Shown here: one piece after another, positions 56,592 through 64,000 of the stretch | Numbering within the stretch: the stretch's first letter is position 1 | How the letters are laid out: each line of letters opens with the position of its first letter | Program-made: the position numbers and the translations under genes | Notes under the pieces: generated by a model | Databases searched by the model: none | Seen by the model: only the letters and a program-made list of their open reading frames with translations | What the model was told of the DNA's origin: nothing | Origin: Eledone cirrhosa | Lineage: Eukaryota | Assembly: GCA_964016885.1 (NCBI GenBank) | Contig: OZ024758.1 | Span: 22,506,001 to 22,570,000, forward strand | Length of the DNA: 64,000 nt | Reading direction: 5' to 3'

Positions 56592-57644
56592 TTCTCCACC
56601 ACCGACAAACCGAGTTTTATTGCTAATCGTATTTAAAGGAAAGGTGTACTATGAATTAGGTAACTTTTTTTTATGCCTACAACGACAATATACAACCCAT
56701 TGCAGAACAGATTTTATTGTGCTTATCATAGTAATTTCTGTTGCTTGAAGTAAAGTTGGTATGAACAAACAATAAAAAAAATATGACTGCTTTGTCCTCA
56801 ACGGTTCAACGACGTTTATAACAGTGATATTGTAACTACTTGGTTATGTTAGTTCGCTCCACTCACTCGCAATAAAATTTGGTCTACCTCCAGTTAAAAG
56901 GCGAGTAGATTGTTAAAAATATTTGCATAAGGGCAATTCTGAGACTCAGTATTCGGTGATGTAACATTCTGTGATATTCTAACTATAAAGTGATACTAGT
57001 TCATTCCACTTGCAATATTTTCCATGTAATTTGGTCGAGCTCTTGTTGAAGGGTTAGGGAATAGTTAAAGATATTTCTACAAGATCCAGTATTCAGTGAT
57101 GATACAGTGATGATATATGATACTTTGCATGATATTCTCAACTATTATTTATAATGAACAAGGTGGTGGATTGGCAGTATCGGTAGAGGGTCGGACGCCA
57201 TGCTTTCCAGCATAGTTACGGCCCTTTACGATCTGAGTTCAAATCCCGCCGAGGTTGACTTTGCCTTTCATCCTTACGGGGTCGATAAAATAAAGTACCA
57301 GTAATGCACTGGGTAATTGCTGGCCTTGTGCCTAAAGTAGAAACAATTATTTATAATGAACAATAATTATTATGGCCATTTTTGTTGGGACGTCGCACAC
57401 ATTTCGAATTTTCTCAAAAGTCAACCACTTTATATATATATATCATGGTGGATTGGCAGTATCGGTAGAGGGTCGGACGCCATGCTTTCCAGCATAGTTA
57501 CGTCCCTTTACGATCTGAGTTCAAATCCCGCAGAGGTTGACTTTGCCTTTTTATCCTTACGGGGTCGATAAAATAAAGTACCAGTAATGCACTGGGTAAT
57601 TGCTGGCCTTGTGCCTAAAGTAGAAACAATTAATGTATCATATA

Positions 57645-58560
57645 TTAATTTCTTCCTCTGCTTTGAGATATTTTTCACTGCTACAAGGGAATTCAGTCCC
57701 CTTTCTTGACCGGTGTATCACGTGGTAATTTCTCCCTCTGCCTTGAGATATTTTTCACTGCTACCAGGGGGGATTCAGTCCCCTTTCTTGACCGGTGTAT
57801 CACGTGGTAATTTCTCCCTCTGCCTTGAGATTTTCTCACTGCTACCAGGGAATTCAGTCCCCTTTCTTGACCGGTGTATCACGGGCTAATTTCTCCCTCC
57901 GCCTTTGAGATTTTCTCACTGCTACCAGGGAATTCAGTCCCCTTTCTTGACCGGTGTATCACGTGGTAATTTCTCCCTCTGCCTTGAGATATTTTTCACT
58001 GCTACATGGGAATTCAGTCCCCTTTCTTGACCGGTGTATCCTGGGCTAATTTCTCCCTCCGCCTTTGAGATTTTCTCACTGCTACCAGGGAATTCAGCCC
58101 CCTTTCTTGACCGGTGTATCACGTGGTAATTTCTCCCTCTGCCTTGAGATATTTTTCACTGCTACAAGAGAATTCAGTCCCCTTTCTTGACCGGTGTATC
58201 CTGGGCTAATTTCTCCCTCCGCCTTTGAGATTTTCTCACTGCTACCAGGGAATTCAGCCCCCTTTCTTGACCGGTGTATCACGTGGTAATTTCTCCCTCT
58301 GCCTTGAGATATTTTTCACTGCTACAAGAGAATTCAGTCCCCTTTCTTGACCGGTGTATCACGGGCTAATTTCTCCCTCCGCCTTTGAGATTTTCTCACT
58401 GCTACCAGGGAATTCAGTCCCCTTTCTTGACCGGTGTTTCACGTGGTAATTTCTCCCTCTGCCTTGAGATATTTTTCACTGCTACAAGGGAATTCAGTCC
58501 CCTTTCTTGACCGGTGTATCACGGGCTAATTTCTCCCTCCGCCTTTGAGATTTTCTCACT
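57645..58560. repeat. 80-bp minisatellite with alternating A/B variants (160-bp higher-order unit), about 11.5 copies
   Basis: gaattcagtcccctttcttgaccggtgtatc recurs every 80 bp (57930, 58010, 58090...); variants alternate. Confidence 0.95.
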
Positions 58561-58921
58561 TGCTGCGAACGTGTCTGGAAAGTGGTCTCTCCCCGAGGAG
58601 TTCCTTGATAAGCTGAGGTGCCTCACAACGGAATTGCACATCTATAATGACCAGCGAAGCTGTACAGTCGGGACTTTGAAAAGAAAATAGGTATATATCT
58701 GTGTCTATTACTTCTTCTTACTTTATATATGAAAAAAGGAAATAAATATATTTTTCTTCCTCATAATCGTCTCTTTCTCCCTTTTTTCATATATATATAT
58801 ATATACATATATATATTTATTATTTTGTACATACATATACATACATACATACATACATACATACACATATGTATACATATACACATGTACACACACATAC
58901 ATATATATATTTATTATTTTG

Positions 58922-58967
<46 letters not shown>

Positions 58968-59051
58968 CATACATACATACACATATGTACACATGTACAC
59001 ACACACACATACACATGTACACACACACACATACACATGTACACACACATG

Positions 59052-59132
<81 letters not shown>

Positions 59133-59354
59133 CGCATACATAAATATGGATTGAGAGGTACAGGGCAGTATGGTTACTGATAACAAGAGATAGACATTTT
59201 CCCTTTTTCAGTTGTCTACTACGGGTCATAGATGTTTCATCGCATTATAGAAAATACACCTATCCGTAGCACGCCCATAAGTTATCAAGTTATGAGGGAA
59301 AGAAAAGACGAAAAAGAGGCGATCACGGAGAGAGAAAGCAAGAAAAAAAGACAG

Positions 59355-59394
<40 letters not shown>

Positions 59395-59461
59395 GTGTAT
59401 ATATATATATGTGTGTATATATATATGTGTGTATATATATATATATGTATATATATATATG

Positions 59462-59493
<32 letters not shown>

Positions 59494-59595
59494 TATGTAT
59501 ATGTGTATATATTTATATATATATGTATATGTGTATATATTTATATATGTGTATATATTTATATGTATATATATATATATGTATATATATATATG

Positions 59596-59626
<31 letters not shown>

Positions 59627-59725
59627 GTATATATATATGTATATATATATATATGTATATATATATGTATATATATATATATATGTATGTATATATATAT
59701 ATGTATATGTATGTATATATATATG

Positions 59726-59762
<37 letters not shown>

Positions 59763-59812
59763 GTATATATATAATATATAAGATCAAAAGATGGTTAAAG
59801 GAGTTCCATGTA

Positions 59813-59879
59813 TTTTATTATGCGCATTTCAAAAACAAACATCATCATGCAATAATATTTGTGTTTTCATCAGATAAAA
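59813..59879 (-). ncRNA. minimal type I hammerhead ribozyme motif (mirror copy)
   Basis: Reverse complement of 60473-60539 in the other arm of the palindrome. Confidence 0.85.
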
Positions 59880-60472
59880 CAGGACATGATATGAAGGCTA
59901 AAAAACACTTGTGGATAGTGCAGTTTTAAATCAACATATGAGAAGTAGTTTTAGATTAATGTGTGATATTGGGAAAAAAATATTTTATTTAGAGAGGGGG
60001 GTGGAAAGGATGAAAAAAAGGGGAGGAGATGAGAGTGAAGGTGGAGAGGGAGAGGTGGGTGATAGAGAGAGAGAGATAGTTTTTATAACTGAGAAAGATA
60101 TATTGTTTTACATAGAGAGGTTGAAAACCGTTGGAAGATAATGTATAAATTAAAAGAATTTGAAAATTTCCCTTCGTTAATTTTCAAATTCTTTTAATTT
60201 ATACATTATCTTCCAACGGTTTTCAACCTCTCTATGTAAAACAATATATCTTTCTCAGTTATAAAAACTATCTCTCTCTCTCTATCACCCACCTCTCCCT
60301 CTCCACCTTCACTCTCATCTCCTCCCCTTTTTTTCATCCTTTCCACCCCCCCCTCTCTAAATAAAATATTTTTTCCCCAATATCACACATCAATCTAAAA
60401 CTACTTCTCATATGTTGATTTAAAACTGCACTATCCACAAGTGTTTTTTAGCCTTCATATCATGTCCTCCTG

Positions 60473-60539
60473 TTTTATCTGATGAAAACACAAATATTAT
60501 TGCATGATGATGTTTGTTTTTGAAATGCGCATAATAAAA
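60473..60539 (+). ncRNA. minimal type I hammerhead ribozyme motif
   Basis: ttttat-CTGATGA-[16-bp stem II, one mismatch, GCAT loop]-GAAA-tgcgca-TA-ataaaa; 6-bp stem I; palindromic stem III ATGCGCAT. Confidence 0.85.
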
Positions 60540-60667
60540 TACATGGAACTCCTTTAACCATCTTTTGATCTTATATATTATGTATACTCCAGTCCTACAA
60601 ACTGTAGAGTGCTTCTTATCCGATATCTGCATTGCTTTATTGTACTACAATAAAACTCACCTCCTAC

Positions 60668-60762
<95 letters not shown>

Positions 60763-60874
60763 TATGTTTATATATATATGTATATATATATATGTATATA
60801 TATATATGTATATATATATATGTATATATATATGTATATATATATATATGTATATATATATATGTATATATATG

Positions 60875-60927
<53 letters not shown>

Positions 60928-60970
60928 ATATATATATATATGTATATATATATCTGTATATATATATATG

Positions 60971-61025
<55 letters not shown>

Positions 61026-61669
61026 GTGTGTATACATATATATATATATATGTGTGTGTGTATGAGTATATGCGAGTGCATGTGTATGTATATATATATA
61101 TATATATATGTGTGTATGTACGAGCGCACGCATGTACCACTAGACAGAGGGCGCTTAAACAAACTGTGAAATCAAGTAATGATTGTTTTGTTGCATATGA
61201 AGCGTATCCTAAAACAGACGCTATCTCGTCTGTTTTACAAATGTCGTGCCATAATCGTCGTTCTTCATTTATGTTGAGAACAGTCGAACAGAACTTTTCT
61301 GTAAATCACTTCTCGATCTTCTTCCATTAACTCGTTTAACCTTTAACACTTTTAAATTTAAATTTATAGAATTTGTCCGTAAAATCTTTTCAGTGATATT
61401 TTTCCTGGGACATTCTAACTACATGCCTATAGCATCGGGCAAAACCAATCGTCAGGAGACGCAGAGGTAGACCCAGAGCAAGATGGTTGTATAACATCCG
61501 TGAGCTTGGTTTCTCTCGCTTGGAGATCCAGTCGGATCAGTTGGAGACGATTGCTTCTGACAGGACTCGCTGCTGGAAGGAGTTTTTTGAGGACTCTGAT
61601 CCCACCATAATGTTCTCAGGAATAAGTGACCGGCGAAGAAGAGGAAGAAGAAACCATAAAACTATTGAT

Positions 61670-61709
<40 letters not shown>

Positions 61710-61905
61710 CTATATATATATATATAGATAGATATATAAAGATTCAGGACCCCGACAGCTGAGATCCGGTCGTTTCGACCGCTTGATCAGAAACGACCGG
61801 AGATCACCCGTCGGGAACTGAATCTTTTCATATTACCCACTCTACTACCCCAGGTGTTGAGTACTCTGGTGGGTTATGGTCCACCTGGTATTTTACCACA
61901 CCCTA

Positions 61906-61947
<42 letters not shown>

Positions 61948-62469
61948 ACTGAAAGAAGTGTTTGAGGACTCTACCCCGACGACCTTCTCAAGAAGAAGAA
62001 GAAGAAGATTCATTTGTATTGTTTATACTGAAAAATATTTTAAACATATGGTAGAGTCTTCCTATCGTAGAATTAATTATCGCAATGGGTAAACAAAATG
62101 TCTTCTACGACCAGTTTTGAAGATTAACTACCGTAAATAATACGTCTCTTTACATTCTGGATTCAACTACTGGTAATGGCGTCTTCATTGTTTTTTCGTC
62201 TGGCTGGAAAACGAAGTTCAATAAAGCAACAACCAGCCGAGTATTGGAATTTCCTAAAATATTGATGGTGTTTCCTAGTAAAATATAATATGAAAAAGAA
62301 AAACAAATTGTGATTGTTTGAAATCAATATTCTATGATATTGGGACGTCTCCAAACTGTGTCAGTAATCCAATTTCGATTCTTGGTTACAGTATTGTGAG
62401 ATGGAAGATGGATATCATCGTTAGACTTATCTTTTATCTCCTTTATCTATGGTTATTGCTTGATTATTT

Positions 62470-62534
<65 letters not shown>

Positions 62535-62692
62535 GTTATATAGTAAACAAACGTCACGAATTAAGCCGTACAGTGTCTAGCAACCATCGTTGCTCATTTG
62601 TTCAACACTGACAAAGGAACGCTTAATATGCCGTTAATATGCATAAGGAAAGTATATACTTTCAGACGTTCAATCATCTGGCAGGAAGGTAT

Positions 62693-62735
62693 ACGTTGCT
62701 GACGATAGCTAATAAGCTTGAAACTAGTACAGCGT
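62693..62735 (+). ncRNA. minimal type I hammerhead motif
   Basis: acgttg-CTGACGA-tagct(aata)agctt-GAAA-ctag-TA-cagcgt; palindromic ACTAGT; U-U mismatch at the base of stem II. Confidence 0.75.
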
Positions 62736-63587
62736 TCCTTTGTCAGTGTTGAACAAACGAGCAACGATGGTTGCTAGACACTGTACGGCTTAATACGGGA
62801 TGTTTGTTTACAAACACACCGAGCATTATAATAAATGTTCGGTGAATCCATACTTACATATATATATGTGTGCATGTATGTATATATATATACATACTAC
62901 TGTACCTCTGTATACATATATGTATGTACGTATACATACTTATATATATATATATAACGAAGGAAATGTGGTAAGGAACCAGGTGGACCATAACGCACCA
63001 AAGTACTCAATACTTAGGGTAGTAGAGTGGGTAATAGGAACGAGTAGGACCCCGACGGCTGAGCTCAAGCCGTTTAGACGGCTAATTGAGTCTAGAATTA
63101 GCCGTCGAAATGGCTTGAGCTCAGGCGTCGGTGTCCTACTCGTTCCTATATATATATATAGAGAGAGAGATATAGTTGAAAATTGCAAACTTGACTGTCA
63201 CCACAGAATATGAACCTGAAGATTGCGAAAGCATGAAAGTACTTGTTCAATTAATACTTAACATTTAATATTCTACCATACTATTTCATTCTAATACCAT
63301 TATAATTTTAAAGGATTGTAAATAAAACTAGTAAATCAGACAAAGTTGGAATTCATTTTATTTATATATATATATATATATGATGGCTGGAAATTCTGCT
63401 ACGAGTTTGCAATCGCTTGTCAGGTTATAGAGTTTGATGCACTTTTAGGCTACGGCCAGCCACACGAACCTGTAACAGACCCTGAACAAGCAATGCCTGT
63501 GCTTTGAAGGTGTTTTAAGTGGGGAAAGGCCTTGCACTCGACCAATCCCACTCTCTGAGCATCGCAAACACTACCCTCATCGGATGC

Positions 63588-63633
<46 letters not shown>

Positions 63634-63847
63634 GTTTCTACTTTTGGCACAAGGCCAGTAAATACCCAGTGCATTACTGGTACTTTATTTTATCGACCCC
63701 GTAAGGATGAAAGGCAAAGTAAACCTCGGCGGGATTTGAACTCGTATATATATATATATAATGAAAAATTGAACGGGAACAAAACAGAGAGGCAGTACAA
63801 ACAAATGTTTATTAATTTCACGCTCTTGAGAGTGGGGTGGTGGTGGG

Positions 63848-63886
63848 GAACGACGTTTCGGGCATAAGCCCTCCTTCAGGTGAAAG
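63848..63886 (-). ncRNA. degenerate hammerhead motif
   Basis: CTGAAGGA-gggc(ttat)gccc-GAAA-cg-TC; core deviates at one position and stem I is weak. Confidence 0.45.
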
Positions 63887-64000
63887 GTGTGTGGGAAGAG
63901 AGTTCAAAGGGTGTGTAGGGGAGTGGTGGAGAGACATATAGCAAAAAGAGGGTGAGAGGAAACGGTGCAATTGAAATTAAAATATATATGTGTGTGTGTG

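Larger units (their letters stand above)
59771..60581. repeat. near-perfect palindrome, arms of about 400 bp, 10-nt spacer (60169-60178)
   Basis: Arms are reverse complements with only a few indels/substitutions; long (TA)n tracts on both sides. Confidence 0.97.

Overview
AT-rich, microsatellite-dense eukaryotic (animal) DNA. The SINE content suggests a cephalopod/Octopus, but that is inference. One gene is reconstructable on the minus strand. It is a 10-exon GH18 chitinase with signal peptide, intact DxxDxDxE catalytic motif, Pro/Thr linker and C-terminal CBM14 domain, 467 sense codons plus stop, from 32684 down to 2476; the start codon is unresolved. Almost all long ORFs in the supplied track are (TA)n/(CA)n/(GGT)n artefacts. 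The rest is tRNA-derived SINEs (about 30 copies), RTE, Tx1-like and RLE LINE remnants, hAT and Tc1/mariner MITEs, minisatellites and a 200-N gap. The most striking signal is a dense set of short fold-back inserts sitting in (TA)n tracts. Many carry minimal type I hammerhead ribozyme motifs, including U3-A8 compensatory core variants. One lies directly downstream of a GIY-YIG endonuclease remnant, pointing to a Penelope-like/retrozyme system. A second oddity is a 56-bp minisatellite made of about 13 extra copies of the splice acceptor of the chitinase linker exon. All folds and alignments were done by eye.
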